Source of the DNA: an uncultured Mageeibacillus sp.
Lineage (GTDB): Bacteria > Bacillota > Clostridia > Saccharofermentanales > Saccharofermentanaceae
Assembly (NCBI GenBank): GCA_964579245.1
Contig: CAZOFY010000002.1
Coordinates: 5,081 to 69,080 of the forward strand
Direction: 5' to 3'
DNA: 64,000 nucleotides
Under the pieces are notes generated by a model. It was not told the DNA's origin. It was given only the letters and a program-made list of their open reading frames with translations, and searched no databases. Below, in pieces: positions 44,778-54,237 of the stretch (position 1 is the first letter of the stretch; every line of letters starts with the position of its first letter). A program made the translations under genes and the position numbers.

Positions 44778-46123
44778 GCAAATTGCGTAATAAACGCGGC
44801 TCTTTTTTCAGTCTCGGCTTTGACCATCTCGAGATCTATGGTCATCAATTCGCCCTTGTACTTAACAAACTTGCCTGCTATCATGACAGATTCGACACCA
44901 GAAACTCCAGCGCTGTATACCAAAGCAGAAACAGGATCTCCCAGCGGCCACATCGGGGCTCTGTTATAGTCAATAATCTGAAGATCCGCTATCATACCCT
45001 CTTGAATGATACCGCATTGAGAAAAGCCCATGCCCTGATATCCGTTCCGCGTAGCCATTGCAATGAGCTGTTTAGCCGGAAGTACGGTCGGATCGAAGCT
45101 TACGCCCTTTGCCATAAATGAGGCCAGCCTCATTTCCATAAACATGTCCGTATTGTTGTTGCTGGCACAGCCGTCTGTTCCTAAGGCAACGCGAATACCC
45201 TTCCTGGTCATCTTGTCGACCTCAGCAAATCCTGACGCAAGCTTCATGTTGCTCGAAGGATTATGAGCCACGGTTACCCCTGCGGCTGAGAGAATATCCA
45301 TATCGTCCTCTGATAAATGAACACCGTGTGCAGCAATGCACGAGCGGTCAAAAACTCCAAAATCTGCTAAAGCCGCGACCGGAGATTTACCATACTTCTC
45401 CATGCAGTTTGATACTTCTGTCCTGGTTTCTGATACGTGGACTTGGATCGGAACGTCACACTCGGCAGCCTCAGCAACCAACTCAGGATACAAGGATGTC
45501 GGATAAAGATAGATAGAATGAATCATCAGGGAGGTTCGAAGCAGACCTCCGCCGGCTCCGTCAAATGCCTTCTTGAAAGCAGCCAGTGAAGGCTTATCCG
45601 TAAACCAATTCTTACCGTCGAATATCTTACCGTCCTGGCAAAGATTCATTCGGAATCCGGATTGCAGGGCAGCACATGCTGTCTCATCCGACATGAAATA
45701 CATATCGGCAGATGCGCCGATACCGCCTTGGATCATCTCCGCGATTCCAAGAAGACTGGCAAAATATACGTCTTCCTTCCGAAGGTGCTCTTCGCGAGGG
45801 AGGATCTTCTTAAAAAGCCAGTCCTCGAGGCTCATATCATCAGCAGAATTTCGCATGATCGACATCGGGATATGAGAGTGAGCATTGGCAAAAGTAGGCA
45901 TGAGGATCTTGTTCTTTCCGCTGTATTCATCAAACCCAATCTGGGTCCCGCCTGATTCTCTCTGTGCTTCCATCATTGCTCGAACAGCTACGCTTCGATC
46001 CGCACCGACATAAATGATACGATCGCCTTTTACCGCGACAAATGCATCTTGTAGAACAACCACGTCACCGGTCTGATCAGGGGTTACAACGGTAAAATTC
46101 TTGAAAAGAACCGTCCTGGACAT
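44774..46123 (-). CDS. mtaD: Amidohydrolase-superfamily deaminase (5'-methylthioadenosine / S-adenosylhomocysteine deaminase-like)
   Basis: 449 aa. HxH metal motif (FANAHSHIPMS), later HVSE and HGVH, and a late Asp (LGTDGCASNN). The layout is typical of MtaD/SsnA/guanine-deaminase relatives. Confidence 0.75.
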   Translation of the reverse strand: MSRTVLFKNFTVVTPDQTGDVVVLQDAFVAVKGDRIIYVGADRSVAVRAMMEAQRESGGTQIGFDEYSGKNKILMPTFANAHSHIPMSIMRNSADDMSLEDWLFKKILPREEHLRKEDVYFASLLGIAEMIQGGIGASADMYFMSDETACAALQSGFRMNLCQDGKIFDGKNWFTDKPSLAAFKKAFDGAGGGLLRTSLMIHSIYLYPTSLYPELVAEAAECDVPIQVHVSETRTEVSNCMEKYGKSPVAALADFGVFDRSCIAAHGVHLSEDDMDILSAAGVTVAHNPSSNMKLASGFAEVDKMTRKGIRVALGTDGCASNNNTDMFMEMRLASFMAKGVSFDPTVLPAKQLIAMATRNGYQGMGFSQCGIIQEGMIADLQIIDYNRAPMWPLGDPVSALVYSAGVSGVESVMIAGKFVKYKGELMTIDLEMVKAETEKRAAFITQFA

Positions 46124-46139
46124 ACAAGTGTCCTCCTTC

Positions 46140-47402
46140 TTAGATCTCCCATGTAGATACGTATTTCTGCTGTTCAGGTGTCAAAGTATCTATCGATGTT
46201 GCCTTGGTAGCAAGGAGTATTTCGGCTACTCTGTCATCAATTTCTTTGGGAATATTATAGACCCGGTTGGATAGGGACGGGCCGTTTACCGCCATATAGC
46301 GGGCACTTTGCGCCTGCAACGCAAAGCTCATGTCCATAATCTCGACCGGATGACCGTCTCCCGCCGCCAGATTCACCAGTCTTCCCTCAGCCAGAATACA
46401 AATCGTTCTTCCGTCCGGCATTTTATAACCGTCAACACCGGATCTCATTACGGATACAGACGTAGATAGGGCTGCCAATTCTTTTAGATTGATCTCCACA
46501 TCAAAATGCCCGGCATTGCAGCAAATCGCACCATCCTTCATCTTGAGAAAATGCTCCCTGGAAATGACATCCTTGCAGCCTGTCAGAGTAATAAAGATAT
46601 CCCCTTGTCCGGCAGCTTGATCCATCGTCATAACCTCATAGCCTTCCATCAAAGCCTCGCAAGCCTTGACCGGATCGATCTCGGTAACGATGACCCGAGC
46701 GCCCAAACCCTTTGCGCGTAAGGCAACACCCTTCCCACACATTCCATATCCGGCAACAACAACAGACTTACCTGCCACAAGAAGATTCGTAGCAGTCATA
46801 ATTGCCGTCCAGACGGATTGACCTGTGCCAAACCGATTATCAAAAAGATGTTTACACCTGGCGTCGTTAACGGCAATAACGGGATAGGAAAGCCTGCCGT
46901 TGTCCTGAAGTATCTGAAGTCGATGTACACCGGTCGTTGTCTCCTCACAGCCTCCGATCAGGTTCTTGCTCAAGTGCTTGTGTGTTGTATGCAGCAACTG
47001 AGCAAAATCTCCTCCATCATCAATGACAATATGGGGCTCGATGGATAACGCCATGGATAGATGTTCTATATACTGTTCTTCATTGGCTCCGTGAACACAA
47101 TAAACCTGCATGCCCTCAGAAGCCAACGCCGCCGCAACATCATCCTGTGTCGACAACGGATTGCAACCGGTAAGCGCGACTTTGGCGCCGCCTGCCTGTA
47201 ATGCCTTCGCAAGGCACGCTGTCTTTGCTTCTACATGAACGCTGACGGAAATATTCATTCCGGCAAATGGTTTCTCGCGAATCAATTCAGCTTCGATTGT
47301 GCGCAGAACGGGCATGTTTTTATAAGCCCACGCTATTTTCTTATGCCCGGACGGAGCCAGACCAATATCACGAACAACATAAGGGGGGACGACGATTGAC
47401 AT
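46140..47402 (-). CDS. ahcY: Adenosylhomocysteinase
   Basis: VRDIGLAPSGHKKIAWAYKNMPVL, CNPLSTQDDVAAAL, NAD-binding GYGMCGKGVA, and HFDVEI. ATG 47402 follows GTGAGGTG. Confidence 0.9.
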   Translation of the reverse strand: MSIVVPPYVVRDIGLAPSGHKKIAWAYKNMPVLRTIEAELIREKPFAGMNISVSVHVEAKTACLAKALQAGGAKVALTGCNPLSTQDDVAAALASEGMQVYCVHGANEEQYIEHLSMALSIEPHIVIDDGGDFAQLLHTTHKHLSKNLIGGCEETTTGVHRLQILQDNGRLSYPVIAVNDARCKHLFDNRFGTGQSVWTAIMTATNLLVAGKSVVVAGYGMCGKGVALRAKGLGARVIVTEIDPVKACEALMEGYEVMTMDQAAGQGDIFITLTGCKDVISREHFLKMKDGAICCNAGHFDVEINLKELAALSTSVSVMRSGVDGYKMPDGRTICILAEGRLVNLAAGDGHPVEIMDMSFALQAQSARYMAVNGPSLSNRVYNIPKEIDDRVAEILLATKATSIDTLTPEQQKYVSTWEI

Positions 47403-47410
47403 AGAACACC

Positions 47411-48247
47411 TCACAGTTCAGCATTTTTGATGAAAGCCTCGACCAAAGCGATGCTTTTCGCTGAAGCCTGAGCACCAATTTCCATAACCTCAGAATGCGA
47501 GAGCGGATTCTTCGAGATGCCCGCAGCCATGTTCGTGATGCACGATAGAGCCAGTACCCGTACTCCCGCGTGGGATGCTACGATAGCCTCAGGCACAGTG
47601 GACATTCCGACCGCGTCCGCGCCAAATCGTTGAAGCATCTTAATCTCGGACGGTGTCTCGTATTGCGGTCCGCGCATATATGCGTATACACCCTTGAGAA
47701 GTGGAATATCCTGTCGTCTGGACTCTCGAAGAAGAACATCAATAAAGCCTCGATCATATACATAGCTCTGATCGGGAAATCTCGGACCAAATTCGTCCAG
47801 ATTGGGGCCGATCAGAGGTGACTCACAGAACATGGACAGATGATCCGTTATAACCATCAAGTCCCCGGGTTCCAGATTCGAATTGATTCCGCCGGCCGCA
47901 TTCGTCAGCAAAAGGTTCTTTATGCCGATCCGGATCAGTACCCGGAGGGGAAATGTGACATCTGCCGTTGAATAGCCCTCGTAGTAGTGATATCGACCTT
48001 GCATCATGTATGTCAGACAATTCCCTACCCGGGCAATCAAAAGTTTTCCCTCATGGCCGGGAGTAGTCGGCGTCGGGAAGTACGGAATATCTGTGTACTT
48101 CACACTGGCAAGAATTTCGCATCTTTCTGCCATCGGTCCAAGTCCGGAGCCAAGGACAACACAGGTCTTTGGTGTCTCATCAGATAAGGCTGCAATGAAG
48201 GCGGCAGCCTCATCCATCTTCTTCAAATCAAAAGAATTGTGATCCAT
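47411..48247 (-). CDS. punA: Purine nucleoside phosphorylase, PunA (trimeric, inosine/guanosine) type
   Basis: LGSGLG, MQGRYHYYEG, LTNAAGG, GPQYETPSE, GMSTVPE. ATG 48247 (MDHNSF) follows AGGGAGGG. Longer track starts would overlap secA. Confidence 0.85.
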   Translation of the reverse strand: MDHNSFDLKKMDEAAAFIAALSDETPKTCVVLGSGLGPMAERCEILASVKYTDIPYFPTPTTPGHEGKLLIARVGNCLTYMMQGRYHYYEGYSTADVTFPLRVLIRIGIKNLLLTNAAGGINSNLEPGDLMVITDHLSMFCESPLIGPNLDEFGPRFPDQSYVYDRGFIDVLLRESRRQDIPLLKGVYAYMRGPQYETPSEIKMLQRFGADAVGMSTVPEAIVASHAGVRVLALSCITNMAAGISKNPLSHSEVMEIGAQASAKSIALVEAFIKNAEL

Positions 48248-48278
48248 AAGCCCTCCCTTGTTCTGCGGCATGTATGAA

Positions 48279-51092
48279 TTACGCTTCCTTGCCGCAACAG
48301 TTCTTATACTTCTTCCCACTACCGCAAGGACACGGATCGTTGCGGCCGACCTTGCTCATATCCCTCTTCATCGGTTCACGTGCCTGTGTTTGATTTCCCG
48401 CTACTGCAGTTTGCTGCGCATGACTTGGCTCCGGAACGGACTCACTTTGTCCGGAATACCCTGTCCCGCCGTGGCCCTCCTGAATATTACGGACCTGAGC
48501 CTTGCGCTCGATACGCTCTCCCGTAGAAATATTTGCCTTCATAATAAGGCGGACCGAATCAATCTGGATCGATCGATTCATCTCCTCAAACATCGCCGAT
48601 CCTTCCATCTTGTATTCGATTACAGGATCCTGCTGGGCAACGCTTCTCATTCCGATGGAATAACGCATCTGATCCATCTGGTCGATATGATCCATCCACT
48701 TCTGATCAACATTCCAAAGGAGAATCTGTCGCTCCGCTTCACGGAAAACCAACGGAGTCAAGGTTTGATCACGTTCTTCAAGACGAGAAAGAGCCTGTTC
48801 AATAATGATCTCCGTCCACTCAGAGCAGGATATGGAATCAGGTGTGTTCTTAATCTGATCAACAGCCGGTAGATCTCCGAAAACATCCTGGATCTTCAGA
48901 CATAGCGGAATCTTCTCGTTCGCCGAAATCGTATCGTCAAGAGCAAAGCTGTCACAGATGCTTTCCGCAACGCCTCGGATCATCTTGATGTAAGAGTCAT
49001 GGATATCGGCTCCCTCTAAAACCTGGCGGCGCTGAGCATATGTCATATTTCTCTGGATATTCATAACATCGTCGTATTCCAAAACATGCTTTCTGGAGCT
49101 GAAGTTGATTCCCTCTATCTTCTTCTGCGCCCCCTCAATCTGTGCGGAGAGGAAGCCGGCTTGAATTTCAACGGTCTCATCAAGGCCCAGACGGTCGAAA
49201 GCATTGTGAGCCCTTTCTCCGCCGAAAAGACGCATAAGATCATCGTCCAACGCCAGGAAAAACTTGGAACGACCCGGATCTCCTTGACGGCCGGCACGGC
49301 CGCGAAGCTGGTTGTCGATTCGCCGAGACTCATGTCGCTCGGTTCCGACGATAAACAGACCTCCGACAGCAACTACCTTCTCTCGTTCATCATTTGTCTG
49401 CTTCTTGAATTGAGTCTCTAGAGCTGCAAACTTGGCTCTTGCCTCCAGAATGACTTCATCGTCTGTTTCATTGTGAGCATTCGCGACATCTATCAGTTCT
49501 TCAAGGTAACCGAGCTTGCGCATCTCCTGCTTAGCCATAAACTCAGCATTACCGCCGAGTAAAATATCGGTACCACGACCAGCCATGTTTGTTGCAATGG
49601 TTACGGCATTATAGCGTCCGGCCTGAGCAACGATTTCGGCCTCGCGAAGATGATTCTTCGCGTTCAGAACATTGTGTTTAATACCTGCTTTGGAGAACAG
49701 CTTGGATAAATACTCGGATTTATCAACATTAACTGTACCGACAAGAACGGGCTGACCCTTTTCGTGAGCCTCAAGAACCGTCTTTAAAACGGCAGAGTAT
49801 TTTCCGGACTGCGTTTTATAAATCGCGTCATTCTCGTCCGTTCGATTGAGAGGCTTGTTTGTTGGGATTTGGATAACGTCAAGGTTGTATATTGAGCGGA
49901 ACTCGCTCTCTTCCGTATATGCCGTACCGGTCATACCCGACAGCTTTCCGTACATACGGAAATAATTCTGAAAGGTGATGGTAGCCAGTGTCTTACTCTC
50001 TCTCTCGACTTTAACGCCTTCCTTCGCTTCGATGGCTTGATGCAGGCCGTCCGAAAAGCGTCTGCCATACATCAATCGGCCGGTGAAATCATCAACAATA
50101 ATGACCTCGCCGTCAGTAACGACGTACTTCTGATCTCGCTCCATCGTACCGTTGGCCTTCAAAGCATTATTAATATAGTGTTGCAGGTCAAAATTTGCCG
50201 GATCCGAGAGATTATCGATGTGAAAATATCGCTCGGCAGCAGCTACACCATTTGCCGTTAATACAGCGGATTTGGCTTTCTCATCAACAACATATTCACA
50301 TTCTCCGACAATATCGTCCATGTTGACCTTGTCATCTGTCTCAACGACAACATACTTCTTCAGGCCCTTGACAAAGGTGTCCGCCGTAACATACAGATCA
50401 GAAGAATCATCTCCCATACCCGATATGATCAAAGGTGTTCTGGCCTCATCAATCAAGATGCTGTCAACCTCATCAACGATGGCAAAGTTCAGTTCTCGCT
50501 GAACCATCTTGGCCTTACGGTCAACCATGTTATCACGAAGATAATCAAAGCCATACTCGTTATTCGTACCATAGGTGATATCGGAATTATAGGCAATTCT
50601 TCGTTGATCATTCGGCAGGTCGTGAATGATCAGCCCGACCGAAAGTCCCAAATATCTGTAAACCTTTCCCATCCATTCACTATCACGTTTAGCCAGATAA
50701 TCGTTGACCGTCACAACATGTACTCCATTGCCGGTCAACGCGTTCAGGTAAACAGGCAGAGTTGCTACCAGCGTCTTACCTTCACCTGTCTTCATTTCTG
50801 CGATTCTTCCTTGGTGAAGAATGATTCCGCCAATCAGTTGAACCTGATAAGGCTTCATGCCCAACACGCGAAAAGCTGCTTCTCGAATCGTGGCAAAAGC
50901 GTCCGGTAAAATGTCATCGATCGTCTCACCGCCTGATAATCTCGTCTTGAGTACATCTGTCATTCCACGCAATTCGCTCTCGGACATATTTGCATAATGG
51001 TCGGACAGGGCTTCAATCTTATTGATTGTCGGCATGATTCTCTTGATCTCGTGTGTGCTATGCGTCCCAAATATCTTGGTTATGATACTCAT
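48279..51092 (-). CDS. secA: Preprotein translocase ATPase SecA
   Basis: About 937 aa. DEAD-like motor (MKTGEGKTL, VDEVDSILIDEARTPLIISG, TNMAGRGTDI) and C-terminal zinc finger CPCGSGKKYKNCCG. Confidence 0.96.
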   Translation of the reverse strand: MSIITKIFGTHSTHEIKRIMPTINKIEALSDHYANMSESELRGMTDVLKTRLSGGETIDDILPDAFATIREAAFRVLGMKPYQVQLIGGIILHQGRIAEMKTGEGKTLVATLPVYLNALTGNGVHVVTVNDYLAKRDSEWMGKVYRYLGLSVGLIIHDLPNDQRRIAYNSDITYGTNNEYGFDYLRDNMVDRKAKMVQRELNFAIVDEVDSILIDEARTPLIISGMGDDSSDLYVTADTFVKGLKKYVVVETDDKVNMDDIVGECEYVVDEKAKSAVLTANGVAAAERYFHIDNLSDPANFDLQHYINNALKANGTMERDQKYVVTDGEVIIVDDFTGRLMYGRRFSDGLHQAIEAKEGVKVERESKTLATITFQNYFRMYGKLSGMTGTAYTEESEFRSIYNLDVIQIPTNKPLNRTDENDAIYKTQSGKYSAVLKTVLEAHEKGQPVLVGTVNVDKSEYLSKLFSKAGIKHNVLNAKNHLREAEIVAQAGRYNAVTIATNMAGRGTDILLGGNAEFMAKQEMRKLGYLEELIDVANAHNETDDEVILEARAKFAALETQFKKQTNDEREKVVAVGGLFIVGTERHESRRIDNQLRGRAGRQGDPGRSKFFLALDDDLMRLFGGERAHNAFDRLGLDETVEIQAGFLSAQIEGAQKKIEGINFSSRKHVLEYDDVMNIQRNMTYAQRRQVLEGADIHDSYIKMIRGVAESICDSFALDDTISANEKIPLCLKIQDVFGDLPAVDQIKNTPDSISCSEWTEIIIEQALSRLEERDQTLTPLVFREAERQILLWNVDQKWMDHIDQMDQMRYSIGMRSVAQQDPVIEYKMEGSAMFEEMNRSIQIDSVRLIMKANISTGERIERKAQVRNIQEGHGGTGYSGQSESVPEPSHAQQTAVAGNQTQAREPMKRDMSKVGRNDPCPCGSGKKYKNCCGKEA

Positions 51093-51115
51093 CAATTCAT
51101 TCCCCTTCAAAATTA

Positions 51116-51421
51116 TTATTCTGGTAATTTGTTAATATCTTCCAGGCGCGTCAAGACGGTCCTATAACCGTCCGCACCATATTCCAGGCACCGGTTAACC
51201 CTACTGATTGTTGCGGTACTCCCTCCCGTAGTTCCAAAAATCTCAGCATACGTCTTACCCTCGTATAAGAGCGAGGCTATCTGAAATCGTTGTGCCAAGG
51301 ACTTGATTTCTGCCACGGTACAGAGGTCTTCAAACAAACAGTAGCATTCCTCTTTGCTCTTAAGCGTCAGGATAGCATCAAACAAGGCATCAGTCTGAGA
51401 ATCTTTCAGCTTATTATTCAT
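51116..51421 (-). CDS. yerC: TrpR-like YerC/YecD-family protein
   Basis: 101 aa. Contains ...FEDLCTVAEIKSLAQRFQIASLLYEGKTYAEIFGTTGGSTATISRVNRCLEYGADGY, the hallmark of the YerC/YecD family. Confidence 0.85.
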   Translation of the reverse strand: MNNKLKDSQTDALFDAILTLKSKEECYCLFEDLCTVAEIKSLAQRFQIASLLYEGKTYAEIFGTTGGSTATISRVNRCLEYGADGYRTVLTRLEDINKLPE

Positions 51422-51430
51422 TTAGGTTCC

Positions 51431-51667
51431 TCACATCAGCACATCTAAAACGGTATGAAATGCGCTTTCTATGTATCCATTCAGAATAAGTACCAGTACG
51501 ACGCCGGCAAGAAGAATCCCTCCCACGAGAAGGAAAAACCTGCGCAGGAATAAATCCCGCTTTGCCACACGTAATGCCTGACCCACAGATACATTCTTCG
51601 ACCTCGAATCACCCCATACGATTCTGGTGCCTTTGGGTGATCGAATACTTCCCTTACCTCTTCTCAA
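51431..51667 (-). CDS. Small basic protein with a single C-terminal TM helix, unknown function
   Basis: ORF 51431-51682. Probable TTG start at 51667, 8 nt after GGAGG. TM helix FFLLVGGILLAGVVLVLILNGYI. No recognisable family, so coding status is moderately uncertain. Confidence 0.4.
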   Translation of the reverse strand: MRRGKGSIRSPKGTRIVWGDSRSKNVSVGQALRVAKRDLFLRRFFLLVGGILLAGVVLVLILNGYIESAFHTVLDVLM

Positions 51668-51766
51668 AGAGAATACCTCCAAAACAAAACAGCGAGAAGG
51701 ACGTCCTCCTCAGGATAACATTCCTATGATACAGCAAGGCGGGCTCTGTGGCAACATAAGAAGAGT

Positions 51767-52834
51767 TCATTCCGGCTCGCTTTTTTCCGTAAATCGATAG
51801 GAATTTCCATATCGGCTGATACGAACCAGAACATCATTTTCTGATGCTATTGCAATACAGTCCTCCAGTTCATTATATACGTTTGGCGGAGAATTCTCCG
51901 GAATCACAATGATTATTTGTCTGGAAATAATATCCTCCGGAGTGATGACAATATCGGATTTTCCAAATCCGTTCGGAGTACCCTGAAAGTGTGCCAAAGC
52001 CATGATGTATCCTCTAACCTTCCGCGTCAACGATCCCTCCTGACTATACTCCGGAGCTGTTAAATCAATACTCTTAATAGATGTTGCCGTACCGTTTGAC
52101 CATATAGCAATCGTTGGATATGTTGCCGGCAGATTCGCACCATAAACACTGCGTAGTCGGATTCCACGTTCGAAATTGCTCATCATCCAGACTGAGTCTT
52201 TATCGTTGTCTATGTTTTTGGTATCAGGCAATGTCAGGCTGATGTCTCCGTAAATGGGAACCGCGCTGACGATCATTCTGTCACACGGGCCGAACAGTGT
52301 CTGCCACCGGTAATAGACACGAAGCCAAATCACTCTTGCTGGATTATCTACGTCTATATAAACACCTACATCTGAGATTCTGACTGCCAGGAGCTCATCT
52401 TGGCAATAGGACTGGTATACGCTTATAATTCTGTCATGTATAGCCTTGCCCAAAACCAAAGTCGTGATTTGGTCCTCGATCTCGATACCAAACGCTTCAA
52501 AAACCGCTGTTATTCCGGTTATTACGGTAGTTGCAGTATCCTTCACCTTTGATTCTGCGTCAGATTTTCCGGGCGAGGCTGAAAAGTGATCAATAATGCC
52601 AAGCGCTGATTCGGCGACATCCATTCCTACACCAACAACCGGAAGTATCAGAGAAACTTCTTGTGTGACCTGGTCGGTAGCCTGTGAAAATAAAATGTCA
52701 GCATTCCGGCATGATATGGATGTCAGTAGGAATGCGCCGATCAATAAGAACACTGGCAAGGCAATTGCCATTTCCAGCACCACCGATCCTATGTTACGGT
52801 TTGTCGAGAGCTTACCCTTTTTTGTACGCATCAT
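51767..52834 (-). CDS. TadE-like pseudopilin-type protein with a large C-terminal domain of unknown function
   Basis: After a basic leader comes a prepilin-peptidase-type site, NIG/SVVLEMAIALPVFLLIGAFLL (Gly at -1, Glu at +5, hydrophobic helix), as in TadE/TadF. ATG 52834 follows GGAGGA. It overlaps the 3' end of the upstream gene by 23 nt. Confidence 0.6.
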   Translation of the reverse strand: MMRTKKGKLSTNRNIGSVVLEMAIALPVFLLIGAFLLTSISCRNADILFSQATDQVTQEVSLILPVVGVGMDVAESALGIIDHFSASPGKSDAESKVKDTATTVITGITAVFEAFGIEIEDQITTLVLGKAIHDRIISVYQSYCQDELLAVRISDVGVYIDVDNPARVIWLRVYYRWQTLFGPCDRMIVSAVPIYGDISLTLPDTKNIDNDKDSVWMMSNFERGIRLRSVYGANLPATYPTIAIWSNGTATSIKSIDLTAPEYSQEGSLTRKVRGYIMALAHFQGTPNGFGKSDIVITPEDIISRQIIIVIPENSPPNVYNELEDCIAIASENDVLVRISRYGNSYRFTEKSEPE

Positions 52835-54236
52835 AAGAGTCCTCCAGTGAGTACGTGTTGCCATCATATTCGGCAGAGACTCGAACCCCCGTATATAAAT
52901 CTCCGCTGCCATCACGTTTCAATATTTCCATCATACGTTTACATTTAAAGTCGCTGGGAACCGGAAAAAGCAGGATATTGACGTAATCCCTGTAATCAGT
53001 CATCAACGCATCATTCAGCATGTCATATTTGCCTGTGAAAGAATCTCCTGTCAAAATCGGAACACTCTCTCCACGAACGAGCTTCATTGCATCATTGATC
53101 CCGTCAATAACAGACCAGACAAAGATGACAAGGTATTGCAGTATTTTCGGAGATATTTGTGCTTTGCCGGCGGAAAGAATCGTGATACAGGTCGATAGAA
53201 CATTTGCAATAACCAGAGACCTCTCCATTTTCTCCTTATTCATCATGTTAGAAGCGAAGTCGAAAATCACCCGAATGTCACCAATCAATTGATGCGTGAT
53301 AATGCCGGAAACATATTCATTATCAACTCCGGTAAGTATGTATTCGAGATCAAATCGATTGGTGGTATGTAAATCCTCATATTTCTTTCCCAATACATTC
53401 TCTTCCGGCTTGGAAGCCGAACCATCCACCTCATTGACAATACGTGAATCAAAAAATGAGACGGTATAAATATCCATCAGAAATGTCTCCAGAAGCTCAG
53501 GAAGTTCCGGTGTATAGAGGGCTTCCACCGTATCTAGTGTGTTGGCAAACGCACTAACATCCAAGACCTCTCCAACTTCCATATCCCCTTGAAGGAGTGA
53601 TGTTCCGCCTCTCTCCGCAATATATTGTATGGCCTCGAAAAAGGACGCGATATCCTCGACAACACCTGTCTGGTCAAGATCTTTAATCATCTCCAGAGCA
53701 GCCTTGATGGTTGTACTCCATTCTTTTTTCTTGGAAATAAAATCAGAAAGATAACGAAGCCATGCAGATGAACCGTTCGCAGAATCAAATATCTTTCTAA
53801 CTCCGCTCTCATCGATCAGATCACTTATGAGACTGATTCTTGAGAGAATCTCCGATGCAATGTATGCGGGCATGCGAATCTGCATAAATCTGACGATTCC
53901 GATTCGGATCGCGTCCTTTGTCATTTCCGATGTGGGCTCAATGAGGACCGAAGTTTGGCCCTTGGATCGGATACATGTATCAAATATCTTCGACCGGATA
54001 GAGGACTTGTCAACCGCATATATTCCGTAGTATTCAAGCAGTACCTGATTATAACAGGACAGCGCTTGAGAGGACTGTAGGCGCATGCACCGCAGAAGAT
54101 CTGCCTCTTGCGCACGCTTGCCTGCTGCCAGCCAAAGAAGGCTCTCTGACAGCACAATAGCAGAAAGTATGATGCAAAGAAAAATACTGATAACGCCGTG
54201 TCTCTTCTTCGGGTGGTAACATCTATTGTTTTTCAT
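52812..54236 (-). CDS. Membrane-anchored protein of unknown function (resembles the DUF5702 / TadG-like proteins that accompany Tad-type loci in Firmicutes; assignment from memory)
   Basis: N-terminal anchor GVISIFLCIILSAIVLSESLLWL. Motifs LEYILTG and TDYRDYVNILLF resemble Tad-associated proteins. ATG 54236 follows GAAGGGG and lies 1 nt after the upstream stop. Confidence 0.5.
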   Translation of the reverse strand: MKNNRCYHPKKRHGVISIFLCIILSAIVLSESLLWLAAGKRAQEADLLRCMRLQSSQALSCYNQVLLEYYGIYAVDKSSIRSKIFDTCIRSKGQTSVLIEPTSEMTKDAIRIGIVRFMQIRMPAYIASEILSRISLISDLIDESGVRKIFDSANGSSAWLRYLSDFISKKKEWSTTIKAALEMIKDLDQTGVVEDIASFFEAIQYIAERGGTSLLQGDMEVGEVLDVSAFANTLDTVEALYTPELPELLETFLMDIYTVSFFDSRIVNEVDGSASKPEENVLGKKYEDLHTTNRFDLEYILTGVDNEYVSGIITHQLIGDIRVIFDFASNMMNKEKMERSLVIANVLSTCITILSAGKAQISPKILQYLVIFVWSVIDGINDAMKLVRGESVPILTGDSFTGKYDMLNDALMTDYRDYVNILLFPVPSDFKCKRMMEILKRDGSGDLYTGVRVSAEYDGNTYSLEDSYDAYKKG

Positions 54237-54237
54237 A

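Noticed and set aside
47403-48278. Possible SAH or SAM-type riboswitch in front of ahcY or punA.
   Set aside because: The intergenic spaces are only 8 nt and 31 nt, too short for any riboswitch.
48258-48872. 204-aa plus-strand ORF overlapping the 3' part of secA.
   Set aside because: Antisense to secA and with no supporting features.
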